In this document: positions 63,734 to 64,000 of the stretch, piece after piece | Numbering within the stretch: the first letter of the stretch is position 1 | Layout: every line of letters starts with the position of its first letter | DNA from: Camelus dromedarius | Taxonomy: Eukaryota | Direction: 5' to 3' | Assembly (NCBI RefSeq): GCF_036321535.1 | Contig: NC_087437.1 | Coordinates: forward strand, 69,194,001 to 69,258,000 | DNA: 64,000 bases | Notes under the pieces: generated by a model | What the model saw: the letters and a program-made list of their open reading frames with translations, nothing else | Database searches by the model: none | Told to the model about the DNA's origin: nothing | Program-made: the position numbers and the translations under genes

Positions 63734-64000
63734 CTATTTTGGTTTTTAAATAGTGAAATGATACTGAGAAAATAAGTCTATAGTTTGCTTTTCATACTGA
63801 ACAACCCAAGCAAAGACAATAGATACATATCTAACTCATTAAAAAAAATTAGTATATCATGTTCCACAATATGGATTATGTATTTAACCATCCTCATCTT
63901 GATGGACATCCGGTAGTTCCTTTTTTTCCCACTGGGAAACAATATAATACACTTTCAATATAATCCTTGTGTGTTGCTGCTTTTATTTCTAAATCATAAT

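Larger units (their letters stand above)
63000..64000 (-). mobile_element. Ancient L1ME-type 3' region, interrupted by an L2 and a SINE
   Basis: tatttaaccatcctcatcttgatggacat at 63881-63909 and a tggtatattctc...catatacac tract at ~63160-63215 are typical antisense L1ME 3' segments. Confidence 0.5.

Overview
This is AT-rich, CpG-depleted mammalian non-coding DNA (intron or intergenic). It is probably camelid, because two tRNA-derived SINEs (36817-36947 +, 63583-63733 -) resemble the Vic-1 type and the young L1 3' ends look cetartiodactyl. I recognise no host protein-coding exon, RNA gene or prokaryotic-type system. The ORFs with recognisable protein similarity are decayed L1 ORF2 and L2 ORF2 relics. 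Much of the window is interspersed repeat: L1, L2, MIR, MaLR/ERV solo LTRs and hAT/Tigger DNA transposons. The best-supported oddities are structural: (i) a twin-primed, 5'-inverted L1 with TSDs; (ii) an old L1 that keeps both ends and a candidate TSD but has lost ORF1 and about 1.2 kb of ORF2; (iii) a perfect 55-bp tandem duplication inside that old L1; (iv) a solo LTR splitting a MIR. The unique DNA holds several motif-dense, enhancer-like blocks and a few unverified candidate non-coding exons. I found no convincing previously undescribed biological system. Repeat family names come from recalled consensus sequences, not a database search, and boundaries of old repeats are approximate.
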